In this document: piece by piece, positions 1-11,206 of the stretch
How the letters are laid out: the number at the start of each line of letters is the position of its first letter
Position numbering within the stretch: the stretch's first letter is position 1
From: Amphiscolops sp. MND2022
Lineage: Eukaryota
Assembly (NCBI GenBank): GCA_964187785.1
Contig: OZ076413.1
Coordinates: forward strand, 72,354,001-72,418,000
Length of the DNA: 64,000 bases
Direction: 5' to 3'
The notes under the pieces: model-generated
What the model was told of the DNA's origin: nothing
What the model saw: the letters and a program-made list of their open reading frames with translations, nothing else
Databases searched by the model: none
Program-made: the position numbers and the translations under genes

Positions 1-717
1 CACTCCTTAATTGTTATTGTTGTTCGGTTTGCTTTCTCGCAAGCACCTTCCTTTTCTTCTGAGATGGTTTCCTTTTTTTTGGGTTTGAAGTTTCTCGATA
101 GGAATCGAAGATCGTTCACGTTATTCAACACAATTTGAAGGGACTTCAGTTCCAATATACTATCTTGATGCAGCTGCGAATATTGTCTCTGGATTAGCGG
201 GGAAGCTTGTTTGCGTTTGGACAATAAATTCTTTCGAACGCTGATGATAACGATTCCAGTGGTTTTTAACAGCGTATAGATATCAGGGGCTCCAAATCGT
301 CTGCAATAAACTATAGCGGAGACTTTATATTTAATTTTTTTCAGGGTTCTAACAAAATTCACAGGGGTTTCTTCTGGTATATTCGTTCTCCAATGTTTCG
401 TTATGGTGTTATTCACCAAGTCATGCCATAAAATGAGGTTATCAATTCGAGATAAACGTCCTTTTTGAAGTAGGTTTACCAAACTTTTGAGGGGGTTTTG
501 AACTCTGGGATTCAACGACAGTCCTGGTATAGCAGTTATATATATGTGCACCTTTTTTCCGTTTTTCGTCGTTCTTCAATGATTGAAGTGCTTTATAAAG
601 GGAACTTGCTCCAATGATGTGCATATGTCTAAGTTTAAAAGGAACTAACTCACCAAAATGTTGACTTCTGTGGGAATAATTTTCACGCTGGGAGTCTGTC
701 GTATATCCAGTGATCAC
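1..717 (-). pseudogene. SGNH/GDSL-esterase-like ORF (transposon ORF1-type), frameshifted, open to the window edge
   Basis: ORF 442..717 (HMHIIGASSL, block I-like) shifts frame near the A-run at ~560. It then continues by manual translation as ITAIPGLSLNP...LILWHDLVNNTI...IVYCRR...YSQLHQ with no stop down to position 1. The motif order resembles SGNH blocks I, II, III and V. Confidence 0.5.
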
Positions 718-1079
718 TTTCTGTGGCAGTTCTTATCTGATTATCCAATCCAGATATCAAACAATAAATCTGAAAAATCACGTGATAAACTTATCAAATA
801 TTTCTATTTAATAAGTTTATCACAACAATTAGGCTAAATCAAGCGAATGAGTGTTAATTATTTCTTCACCGAGAGCTTCGCCTGCATTCAAATGTGAATG
901 CGAAAATTCGTCTACGCTTAGTAGTTATCTTTGCTTTAGTCCGAGATTTAAAGGCGGTGTAAACTGGCACAGTGATTAATAATTGTGCGCTAAATAATGA
1001 TTAAACAGGAGTGTATTGGTATTCCAGATATAATTCTATTATTAATGAAAGATTGAAGCACAAACAATAGTGTTCCCCG

Positions 1080-1900
1080 GAGGGGCCTATTTTGGGAATT
1101 GATGAAAACCATTTAAAACGTAAACAAAAGTTATTGTTTCGTCTTGCCCATTCTGTCCTCTTGGAACGGTTGCAAGAGACGCTGTTTGGAAAATAGTTTT
1201 TCTGACGGCGATCTCTGGCAGGAACGAACTGCAATGCAGGACATAATTCAAAGTGAAATAAAATTCTTTCAACGGCTTTCAGTAGCTCAATTAATTGAAA
1301 ATTTACCGGGTCAATTGAATAGGCATCAAATGGACCCAATAAATTGGCAATCACCAGTTCATCGCAATCAAATCTTCATCGCAACCTGACATTTTTTTCA
1401 AAGTTGCTTGCAAGCAAGATGCTAATTTCAACAACATCAATTTTAGGGTACAGTTATGGTGGTTGCTCAATTCTCTGAATTAAATCCGGATTTCGAAATA
1501 CCGATACTTATAAACAATTTTTTTCCGCTGAATGTCTATTTCGAAATCTATCTCTCGATTAATATTTATGCGTCAGCTGAATTTTTATTGAAGTAATAAA
1601 CTTTTTTAGCTAGTACTTGTGTTGCTCTCAATTCTGAGCTATCGTCTGATGTCTACTTATATAGCTCTCTTAGCATCTCTGCGTTAGGTGTCTGTCATAA
1701 ATGCAAAGCCTGCGAAAGTTCACTTATTCACCGTTCGCTGCCAACTTTGACTGCTTTCAAAAGAGTGAATGCAGAAGGTCATTATCACTAACCCAAAATA
1801 TTCGCTTTTCCCGAGAAACCATGCTTATCGCCAAAGCATAAAAATGATCCTTTTTCAAACAAAAATAACTTCTATTTTACACCATTCCCAAAAATCATGT
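1080..1900 (+). pseudogene. Highly degenerate DNA transposase remnant, possibly P/THAP9-like
   Basis: CLENSFS in ORF 1144..1389 resembles QDxLENxFS. TYIA...CHKCKACESSL near 1655-1730 resembles the P-type C-terminal region. Many stops are present. Confidence 0.3.
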
Positions 1901-3379
1901 TATTTACTGATGACACAAATTTTTTGCCGATAAGCTATCGTTTGTTGTTGACTCACTATTTAATTGTTTCGATGTTTTGCAGAATCAAATGCAGAAGTTC
2001 ATTCTCTAAATATAGCGATATCTTTTATTAAAGTCTAGAGGATTAGTCTTCTCAATTGGATGAAACTGAAGATGAAACTCAATTGGTTTGCATTTCTATT
2101 GTGAATTTCAAACTTTTCGATTGTCTGGAATATAAAGTTTTCTTCGGAAAATTTTTCAAATAAAGTAGACTTGTCCCGAAGAGTCGATTTGGAAATGATG
2201 CATATTTTTCAAGTTTTTGCATTTGCAGAATAATTAGGGAGGCCGAAGTTTCAACTGATTGGACTTTGCCTTTCGGAACCTCAACTTGGATTGATTAACC
2301 TTGTGTTGAACAGGAAAATTTTGGATCCATCCAAATATCGGGTGCTTAAACTTTAAACCGCAATATTTCCTAAACTATTCAAGTCGACAAACGATTTATA
2401 CAGCGTTCGAAAGAGGAGCATCAGGGCTTTCAAATCAATTTTTAAACTGCTTGAAGTTCGCCGCACTGGCTCCGGACTTTGCGGTAAAACTTTGCACGCG
2501 TCGTGTCTCTGTTTGCTTTTCAGCATGTTTCAAAACATGCTGGGGCCGCTTTGACCGAATGTTGATACCAGTGGGATGAAAGGGCCACAAACAAAAACAG
2601 AAAATCTGCACTCGATTTTTTTGATTTTTCGGTCCCAATGTCTGGATTTCGGAGACATCACGTCAATATTCCGTGAAAAGGCACCGAACGCTATGCAATA
2701 TCGTCGGAAAATCCTATTCAAGAGTTTTCTTTACCATACAATCAGCTGGTGCGTTTAGAATTTGCAGAAACTAAATGTGCCGAATTCGGCACAGTTGTCA
2801 AGTTAAGGATAAATCAAGTTTCATATGTCCATATAACAGAGGGTGGAACTTGGTTAAAGTTTCCAGGTTTCAAGACGCTGCAAGTTGCAGAGGCTCCTAA
2901 CAGTCTTAGTAAAATGCAATTTGAAAAATATCAGCAAGTGGGGGTATTCAGAAATCAGGTCGTCAAATTCCTTTCATTGATGATCAGAAATAGTTTGGAT
3001 ACATGATGAATGATGAGCCAGACCCGAAGGGGTTGGTTGTCTGAATCTTTGAGTTGTGCTAGTTCTGTCTTGAGTGAACAATCATCTGTTGCACTTATGG
3101 CCGTGATGGCCGCCTTTTTAATTGTTGAAAATAACATTTTTAAATTGTGAATTGAATTATAGGAACAACAAAATCATTTAGGGCTAAGAGTCAGAATTAT
3201 CAACAGAAATGAAATCAAGCACAGCATCGTCAAGTTTTAGCCTTTTACGTGAAAATAAACCGCTAGTATTTTGAATGTTGAATAGCCTGAGTCACTTCAT
3301 TCTAGTTCGCTTTTTAGACCCGGCAATCAAACCCCCTCCCCCCATGTGGCCCCAACTCAAATTTTAACAAGCCGAGAAC

Positions 3380-3560
3380 GGCCAAAGTCGGCGCTATATC
3401 TAAGGCTCAAAATTGTAAAAGGGGGAAAATGTGTTGCAAAATATCGAAACAAAGGAAAGGGAGACCCTTTGATGCAATCCAAAATTTTTCGAAAGTCTCA
3501 TAGTGCCGAAAAAGATCCGAGTGGAAAACACCCAAGAGCGATCCTTAGTATGTTTTTGAG
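3380..3560. repeat. Host dispersed repeat family (GG(G)ACCCTTT / AGTCTCA(C/T)AGTGCCGAAAAAA modules)
   Basis: The same modules recur at ~5095-5260 and ~6505-6690 (opposite orientation) and at ~43950-44160. Confidence 0.6.
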
Positions 3561-4974
3561 GTTCTGGACGTCGATGTTTTTGTTTTGGACGAGGTTCTGG
3601 TGTTTCGAGTATATTTTGGAGGTAGTTCAAGTTGATGTTGTTGAACAGATGAACAAAAAGTGGACCTTACGCGTCTAAAAAAACTACCCACTGTCCAAGA
3701 GTCTGGCTCATTTTCTACTAGAATGCGTCGACTAAAAATGGGGGGGTGGGGTTGCGTATACGCCGGACATTACGGTACTTTTTTGAATGGAAATTAGAGA
3801 ATTGGTGTCATGCAGATTGTTTGAGCACTAACTGCATCCAGAATGGAATGAATGGTGGGAAGAAGTACTGTTTACACATGCCCTCCTCATGAGTTCACTA
3901 TCCAGGCACGTCCTGTCCTTTGTAATAGTTTCAGATATTTCGCTAATAGTGTCATCTCATCAAAGCTCATTCTAGCCAACATTCATTCATCAGTAGGTTC
4001 ACTTTAATACTGAAGTTTCCATTCAAAAATGTCGCTCATTGAAATTGAACAAATAACATTTCACGGTTGTCTGTATTTGCCAACTGACAGGCAGGGTTTT
4101 AACATTACCAATTTTTGTCCCGATCGCTTAATCGCTAATTTCACTGAAATACTTTGTCTTCAAACTATTAAACGTTTGACTTCAAGTATGTTCTAAAATT
4201 AAATGATAACTTAATTGTTTTTTTTTGCGAGAAAAAGACTAGAAGTTTTCATACTGTGTGGCTCTTACAAGGGTAAGAGTTGGAATTGTTCGAAATTCAT
4301 TCCGAAACTCCGAGTCATTTCCGAGGAATTTCGAATTTGGACTATTTATTGCCGCTAATTTGAGTCGCGGAAAAATCTGTTCGGCCTCTAGTTCGCTAGC
4401 TGGTCGTGCCAATACTTGTCTGCCTGGCATCCCATATTAAAAACTTTCTGGTAGCTGAACTGATAAAACCACTATTACTGATAAAACTTCGTGTGGTGGC
4501 CGGGTGCGTCGTCTATTCTGGAATTATTTGAACAGAGATGAGAATCGCAATGAGCTTTTGGGCGAGTTTTAAGGACCATATAAATCCATTAGCGCTTTGC
4601 TTTTTTATTATTTCTGCGATAGCAGGAATATTATTGAAACCTCAAGATGTCTACTTTTTTTTCAGTAAAATTCTTCGCATGATACTGAATAATTCAGATA
4701 TTGTGTTCGGCAGTGACTATGATCGTGAGAATTAAATTTCTCAAGATGCCGACGACAATTCAATTGGAGACGAATTGCAGCTTTTAATAATTGGGACGAA
4801 TTGTCACCTTTTCAAAATGGGACGAATTGACGCTTAGGTTTTCGATTTTTAAACATGCAACATTTGTCGTTGCCGGTTTTCTGTGCTTTTATAGCAGATG
4901 CTTCCAATACATCGCTTCTCATTTTTAGTCGGCGCTTTAGCGAATTGACAGATTTCTAAAAATTATACCTTGCT

Positions 4975-5070
4975 CACGTACGCCTTAGTACCGCCACGTC
5001 GCCTAGTGAATTATTGAGCGTCTGTAAAACAGGGTACGTGGGTTCGAGTCCCGGCATGGACAATTATTTT
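4975..5070 (+). repeat. tRNA-derived SINE-like head
   Basis: B-box GGGTTCGAGTCCC at ~5040-5052, followed by a T-rich tract and the dispersed repeat. No proper cloverleaf. Confidence 0.45.
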
Positions 5071-6894
5071 CTGATTTTCTCAAATATAAAAAGGATCATA
5101 TGATCCCCCTTTGAAGTTTTTTCGGCTCTGAGACTTCGAAATTTCTTTATTCGATCAAAGGGTACCCCTTGACTTTTTCTGAAGTTTTTGCTTCGGAAAA
5201 AGCGTTTTGTGATCCTAAAGGGTCTCCTTTTGGATTTTTGGCACCATGCAATTTTTCTTTACAAAGAATAAATTTTTAGATTTTTTTCAAATGTTAGGAT
5301 TTTTGATGTATCCGGCAGAGCGAAGTTATAGGCCATTCTTGGCTAATGGAGAAGTTGTAAAAGTTTTGCCATTTCTTTTAGAAGTCGGGAGAAACTTTCG
5401 ACTACTTATGCTATCGTACCTTTTTCTCCCTTCCTTTCAATGAAAATTTAAAATTTCTCAAACTGTTCAAACGATTTTTTATAAAATTTCGCACAGTCAT
5501 TCTACACCCAAAGGTGCTCCTGCGTGCGCAATGGCATCAAAGTTGTATGGGTGGGATTTGAGAAACAAAGCCAAATTTAGTCCGAAAATGCTGCCATTTT
5601 GGAAGTTTTTTCATTTTTTCAAACATTTTACGCTTTGAGAGAACTTTTATGGAGTCTCTCTACACCATATAAGGGCTTAATTTGTGCAATTTTGTCAAAA
5701 TCGTATGACTGGGATTCGAGCGAGTCAAAAGGAGAAAGTCCTATTGCGACTCCTTTACCGCACATGCGACTCTGGTTTGTCTTTACAAAGTTAATGACCT
5801 TTCTTGATTTGACCGTTGATTATGATATTCATTCAGTGGTGAAGTTTTCGTAGCAACCTTGTATCGAGAATGAAAAGTTGAAATTGTTCAATGTTTTGTG
5901 GAATAAATTATTCAAACTCGACATGACATATTGGCTGTTTTTAAACAGAATCGGTGTTTTGTGTTTTGTTGATGTTGAAATTCAGTGATGCCCGATTAGT
6001 TTTTTCAATGGAAAATTTGGTTTTTAATGTGTGTCCTAAGAATTGAAGAGACTGATAATTTTTTGGTCAGAAGTGATGTCCAAAAAACGGTTTTAATTTT
6101 GAGAATTGATAAATTCAATGAATGAAGGTCAATAAAATCATTACTCAGCTATATTTTGAACACATTCTGTGCTCACCAAAAGGTTTCTAGAGGGTTATTG
6201 TTGGAAAAACCACCTTAAATTTTGAAAACGTTGATGTGTTGAATGACAAAAATACACATTAGAATATACATTTAAGAATTCAATGGGTTTCAATCATTCA
6301 TTCAATCAATGGGCAATTTAGCATATAAATGGGTATTAAATTAATCGCTGTGAGACTGTTACAAATTCATATCTATCTCGATGACTACTGAACTTTAATT
6401 CATGTTCTTTAATCTCATTTGTGAAATGTAGTTTTTTCTCCAGAGCACACAAAGAATCTGAATGGTCTATTTTTACAGACATTATACCCAAGATCTGAAG
6501 TGTACTGAAGAGACCGAGGGGTACCCCTTTATTTTAAATTTTTATTTGAATTTCAAAGCCTACCCTCTGGGTTTTTTCGGCACTGTGCAACCTTTTTGAA
6601 AAACTTTTTGGAATTTTTTGTCAGATTGCAAAATTTTTATAAAAACAAAAGACCTTGCACTTTGTGAGCCTTAAGCGGTGCCGGCTTGTCGATGTTTGAA
6701 AGAGAACACGTGCAATGGTACAATACCCTACTTGAAAAAAAACAACTGCGAAATTCCACCCCGCGAAATTGGGAAAGTAAAACTAATGGTGTATTTGCAT
6801 GTATTTGAGCCGCAGAATTGATTTTTTTACTTCTATATTTTTCCGACCGTTTTACGCCAATAACTACTAGATGCTGGCATAACCCAAGAAGTAC

Positions 6895-6985
6895 TCTCCA
6901 CTTGGCCTAGCGGTTAACGCGAGTTGCACTTCAAGGTGATTTAGTTGCTCTGCGTGTACGTGGGTTCGAGTCGCGCTTGGGTTCT
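6895..6985 (+). repeat. tRNA-like (Leu/Ser-type long arm) pseudogene or SINE head
   Basis: A-box TGGCCTAGCGG and B-box GGGTTCGAGTC with a long variable region between them. Acceptor and anticodon stems are imperfect. Confidence 0.5.
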
Positions 6986-7005
6986 CATTCATGTTTTGTT
7001 TGCAG

Positions 7006-7269
7006 ATCTGAGCGAGGCGGCCCAGTCGGGGGGAGATGTCCCCAATGGCAAGACTGCTCACCCCGAGGTCACCCCAACAGCAGGTGGCGGGGGCAATAAC
7101 GGAGGGGGAGGGGGAGTGACGGCGACTGCGGCACCTGGCAAGTTCAAGCTGGGCGGACAGACCCCCGTGGAGTACTTCTTCGCCTCTGACGCGAGTGCGG
7201 TGATCGAGCACACCAACAAGGTCATCTACCTCGAGGACGGAGACATCACTCATGTGGATGGGCTCGGAG
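7006..7269 (+). CDS. GFAT: GFAT exon (end of glutaminase domain, with Gly-rich insertion)
   Basis: Acceptor tttgcag| and donor |gtcagt, both phase 1. Encodes ...[28 protein letters not shown], a GFAT/GlmS hallmark. GC-rich third codon positions. Confidence 0.95.
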
Positions 7270-7849
7270 GTCAGTCTGCATTTCAATCAATTAACAACAT
7301 TCCATCTTTTCAGTTCTCGTATCCATAGCACGTCTATAAGGACCGCGTGTACTGAAACCGGGATATGGTTGTGAAGAGAGATGGGATTTTTTGCCATTAG
7401 TACATTGAGGGCGTGTCAGTGAAAAGAGTTTGGGTGTCAGTACGCTGCAAGCTGCAGAGCCTCCTTACAGTGTCAATAACGGTCCTATAAAGCAAAATAA
7501 ATTTCGAAAACATCGGTACGTGGTGGCTAATTTATAAAATAAGACAATGTGTCTCAAGTTTTATTGATCTTCGGAAGGTATTTGGTTTCATGGGAAGCAA
7601 CCTAGGGATTGTCACATTTATGAACAGCCCTGCCTCGTGAACTATAGCACTGATAAATGACTCTACGATTGCTTGTTGACAGCGTGTCGCTCTGCAGCCT
7701 CTGAGACAATCTTTTCAGTTATAAAATTGCCCTTTTCAATTCTGGGCCATCATTCCCGTGCAGCCCAACACAGTTTTGCTTGACATGGTCCCTTTTATTT
7801 GAGAAAGAAAAAGTTTTAAAAAATCAATTAACATTTTGAATCAATCATA

Positions 7850-8024
7850 AATAGTAATCGAATTCCCGTTCCTAATATATAAAAAAAATTTAAGCTCGTA
7901 AAATCATTAAAAAATTAATTTTCACAAAATTTTTTCACAAAATACCAATCAAACCATCTAAAAATTAGCCTTTTTTCGCAACTAAAAATTTAACAAAATA
8001 AAAATCGATGAACAAGTTTTTCCA
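7850..8024 (+). repeat. Polinton left TIR
   Basis: Reverse complement of 22155-22320, apart from a short internal duplication (ttcacaaaat) and a few substitutions. Confidence 0.92.
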
Positions 8025-8072
8025 ATGGAAAATTCATTGACCAAGATATAATCATGGAAAAATAACTATTAA

Positions 8073-8483
8073 ATGAATTATTTATCATTCAAAGAATTTG
8101 TTGATAAATATAGATTAAAAAATGAAGCAACTTCCAATGTAGAAATAAAAGAAATCTTAAAACTCATGAACACATCTTGTGGAATATATATGAGAGATGA
8201 TAAATTTATAACCACCAGTGGTATAGTTAACTTACATCCAACTAAAGGAACACATTGGGTTATGTTTACAAACCAAAACTATTTCGATTCATATGGCTGT
8301 CCACCACCACTAAATATAACAAAACAAATTAATAATGGTATCTATTCAGAATATCAAATCCAGAAAGACGGCAATTATTGTGCAGCGTATTGTTTGTATG
8401 TGTTGTATCTCACAAAAATTATAGGCTTCAAAAATGCAGTACTAAATTTATACTATCAAAATTTGTATTATCAAACTTTATGA
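8073..8483 (+). CDS. Adenain-like cysteine protease (Polinton PRO)
   Basis: GTHWV (His), YFDSYG (Asp) and QIQ...YCAAYC (Gln, Cys) in the adenovirus protease order. Confidence 0.9.
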   Translation: MNYLSFKEFVDKYRLKNEATSNVEIKEILKLMNTSCGIYMRDDKFITTSGIVNLHPTKGTHWVMFTNQNYFDSYGCPPPLNITKQINNGIYSEYQIQKDGNYCAAYCLYVLYLTKIIGFKNAVLNLYYQNLYYQTL

Positions 8484-8490
8484 ATAATAA

Positions 8491-8685
8491 ATGAAGAAAA
8501 TTAATAATTATTCAGCTCAATTTAAAATTATTCAAAAACCAATGAATACCAATGAGAATCAATTTGATGAGAAAATAATAGAAAAAAATACTCCAAAAAA
8601 TAATCAAAACAAACAATTATCAAAACAAAACCAAGAATTTATAAATAAGATATCCGCAAGTGGATTGAAACAATTTTTCTCTTAA
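8491..8685 (+). CDS. Small hypothetical viral protein (64 aa)
   Basis: Packed between protease and penton with 7-bp and 3-bp gaps, in the same orientation. Confidence 0.55.
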   Translation: MKKINNYSAQFKIIQKPMNTNENQFDEKIIEKNTPKNNQNKQLSKQNQEFINKISASGLKQFFS

Positions 8686-8688
8686 TAA

Positions 8689-9768
8689 ATGGATCTATCA
8701 AATTTTGTAACCTATGATAAAAAAGAATCTCTTTTGTTGAGTATTGCAAAATGTAATCAAGAAATTGTTGAAAATACACATTCTAAACCACAAGAAACTT
8801 TGGAATTTAAAATGAATAAACAAAAAGAATCTTTTTCATTTGATGTTCCCTTGGAGCTGCCAGAACAATGGATGATGGGAGTAACAAGTTTAGAAGTATA
8901 TAACAGTGTATATAATATTACCAGCAAAAATAACTCATTCCAGATACAACTAACAGACGAACAACTTAATGGGATTGATACAAAACTTGTAATGAATATT
9001 GAATACCTTCATAGAACCAAACAATCAAATTTTGTTAAAACAGTTTATAATTTAATGGATACCTCATTTAAAAATAAAAAGAAGCTTCTAAAAAATGATC
9101 TTGATAAAATCAAGTATATAATTAGTCAATATAAAAATGAAGAATGGCTGAACATTGACGAGAATACCAAATCCCTTGTGAATACAATACAAATCCCATA
9201 TTTCGAAACTATTGATCTCCCCATTATGAATGAGAAAATAGAAATAAAACTCCAACCTGGAATATATGAACTAACTGATCTGAACACAGCAATAGAACAA
9301 AAATTACGATATTACAACCAAGCAAATGGAGAATTTAAAATAAATGGTTTAAGTATTAACATTGAAGCAGATACAATATCAATGAAATCAGTTTTAACAA
9401 CTTCTAACCCCATTTATTTTAATTCAAAATTAAATGAACTTCTAGGATTCACAGATACAAACTATATAGAAGGAACTCATATATCAGAAAAACCAGTTAT
9501 GATAACAACGACAGACAAAGTTCATCTTAAATGTGATTGTGTAGATGGTTCAATTGTTAATGGTATACGAGAGCAAATTTTATTTTCATTTAATCTTAGT
9601 GCTCCTCCCGGATATAAAATAATAAAAGAACCTAACATTATTTTATACAAAAAGATAAACAAAACAAGGTTAGATAGTATTCAATTTTTCCTTGAGGATA
9701 TCAATCATAACCCAGTTGATTTCAACTCCGAAACATTAACCTTTACAATTCAAATCATCAAGATTTAA
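8689..9768 (+). CDS. Minor capsid protein (penton, single jelly-roll)
   Basis: N-terminal FSFDVPLEL..WMMGVTSLEVYNS and C-terminal HLKCDCVDGSIVNG.REQILFSF..PPGYKI..EP...PVDFNSETLTF, as typical of Polinton/adintovirus pentons. Confidence 0.8.
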   Translation: MDLSNFVTYDKKESLLLSIAKCNQEIVENTHSKPQETLEFKMNKQKESFSFDVPLELPEQWMMGVTSLEVYNSVYNITSKNNSFQIQLTDEQLNGIDTKLVMNIEYLHRTKQSNFVKTVYNLMDTSFKNKKKLLKNDLDKIKYIISQYKNEEWLNIDENTKSLVNTIQIPYFETIDLPIMNEKIEIKLQPGIYELTDLNTAIEQKLRYYNQANGEFKINGLSINIEADTISMKSVLTTSNPIYFNSKLNELLGFTDTNYIEGTHISEKPVMITTTDKVHLKCDCVDGSIVNGIREQILFSFNLSAPPGYKIIKEPNIILYKKINKTRLDSIQFFLEDINHNPVDFNSETLTFTIQIIKI

Positions 9769-9777
9769 TTCTATTAA

Positions 9778-10179
9778 ATGAGCTTTAATAAATTTAAAAA
9801 TAATTCATATTGTGTTGGTGGAAAACATTATTCCGCTACCACAAATATTCGTGGAGATATTACTCAAAATAAAAAAACTGGAGCAGCTGTTAAATTATTA
9901 AGAGGTACTTGTTCAAATTGTAAAAGAAATAAATCACTTATAGTATCTGATCAAACTATACAAGCAGAAGGATTAGGTGACTTTTTCCGAGGTATAGGAA
10001 AAGCCGCCAAGAATGTCGGAAAGAAAATTTTAAACAATCCTGGAAGAGCATTAGAACTCGCAGCTAATAACGGTACTGCAGCAGCAAGTAAAAATCCTCG
10101 AATGATAGCCGCAACTGCTCCTGATATTATAAAATTTGTTCATCAAGGAAAAGGTCTGTACTTGGGTAAAATTCATTGA
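9778..10179 (+). CDS. Putative virion core/maturation protein (Cys-containing N-terminus, EGLG|DFF amphipathic helix)
   Basis: C-x...CxxC N-terminal region, then AEGLGDFFRGIGKAAKNVGKKIL, a basic amphipathic segment after a Gly-x-Gly site. Confidence 0.6.
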   Translation: MSFNKFKNNSYCVGGKHYSATTNIRGDITQNKKTGAAVKLLRGTCSNCKRNKSLIVSDQTIQAEGLGDFFRGIGKAAKNVGKKILNNPGRALELAANNGTAAASKNPRMIAATAPDIIKFVHQGKGLYLGKIH

Positions 10180-10225
10180 TTTACAGCCGATCTGTAAATT
10201 AAATATTTTTTATGAATAATAAATT

Positions 10226-11206
10226 ATGTATTCAATTCATAATCGAGATGATTTAGAAAAATTAAAAAAATTGCAAGAATCAAAATCTTTAATAAAAGCT
10301 GAAAGATTAAAAGAGAAATTAGGGAAGCAAGACTTTCATTACGATATGGAAGAAGTTTTTGAACCTGTTACGGAAAATCAGAAAAAAAGTCAAAACCAAA
10401 CCAAGCTAGAATCTGAAAAGCAGATTCAAGCGTTACGTGATTCTACTCAAACTACAACACAAGCAATACGAGAATCGAGTAACGCTTTGAATAAAAATTT
10501 ACAAAAATCGATTAAAGAATATGATGAAATTACTTACCGTAATAATCAACTTGTTACAGATCTTGTGAATTCCAACCAAGTTGATTCTACTATAATCAAG
10601 ACAGTTTCTAATTTACTTAATGACAAAAACAAAAGTCAATTTAGTTTAGAACCTGTTACGCAAAGCGCCTTCGGTGAAGGTAATCCAAATTTATTCATAA
10701 TTAACCCTATTAATCCTCAACAAGTACTAATTAAAAATAATACACTAACCTTCTTGAGTAGTGGTAACAAATACAATTTAAATGATCCCGATCTTCAATA
10801 TTTTATAACTAATGCACAGCTAGACACGCAACCACAAAACGTGAATCTAATTTATTCTTTTTTGAATGATATGAAATATAATATAAATTATGGAGATAAA
10901 AAATCAAAGAGATATTATTTCATTAAAGATTTAATTAATCAATACATATATCAACATATTCCTTATCAACTATCCCAATTAGGAAGTGGATTTAATCAGT
11001 ATGTCTTCCTTCCATCGGATCCTGATGAGCTTGTAGATCAATTAAAACTACTCTATTTTGAAAAAGTAGGAGGAAATGTTAATCCTATGCTTAGTGAACA
11101 AATCATAGCAATTGCAGATAAACTTTTACAATACCAATGTATTACAACAAATCAACATCAAAACCTAGTAAGCACTTTTACTAAAAAGGATCAGTTTGTG
11201 GATTAA
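10226..11206 (+). CDS. Conserved Polinton coiled-coil protein with C-terminal LPSDP motif
   Basis: Coiled-coil N-terminus. GSG...LPSDPDELVDQLKLL...GGN...IIAIADKLLQY is a motif I recall from Polinton/adintovirus ORFs. Confidence 0.65.
   Translation: MYSIHNRDDLEKLKKLQESKSLIKAERLKEKLGKQDFHYDMEEVFEPVTENQKKSQNQTKLESEKQIQALRDSTQTTTQAIRESSNALNKNLQKSIKEYDEITYRNNQLVTDLVNSNQVDSTIIKTVSNLLNDKNKSQFSLEPVTQSAFGEGNPNLFIINPINPQQVLIKNNTLTFLSSGNKYNLNDPDLQYFITNAQLDTQPQNVNLIYSFLNDMKYNINYGDKKSKRYYFIKDLINQYIYQHIPYQLSQLGSGFNQYVFLPSDPDELVDQLKLLYFEKVGGNVNPMLSEQIIAIADKLLQYQCITTNQHQNLVSTFTKKDQFVD

Noticed and set aside
6895-6985. Functional tRNA gene (also 4975-5070, 43770-43850, 59140-59240)
   Set aside because: A/B boxes are present but acceptor and anticodon stems do not pair properly, so these are treated as tRNA-derived repeats.
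6867-7286. 139-aa minus-strand ORF
   Set aside because: Antisense shadow of the GC-rich GFAT exon. The same applies to many short ORFs opposite the gypsy, piggyBac and Polinton genes.
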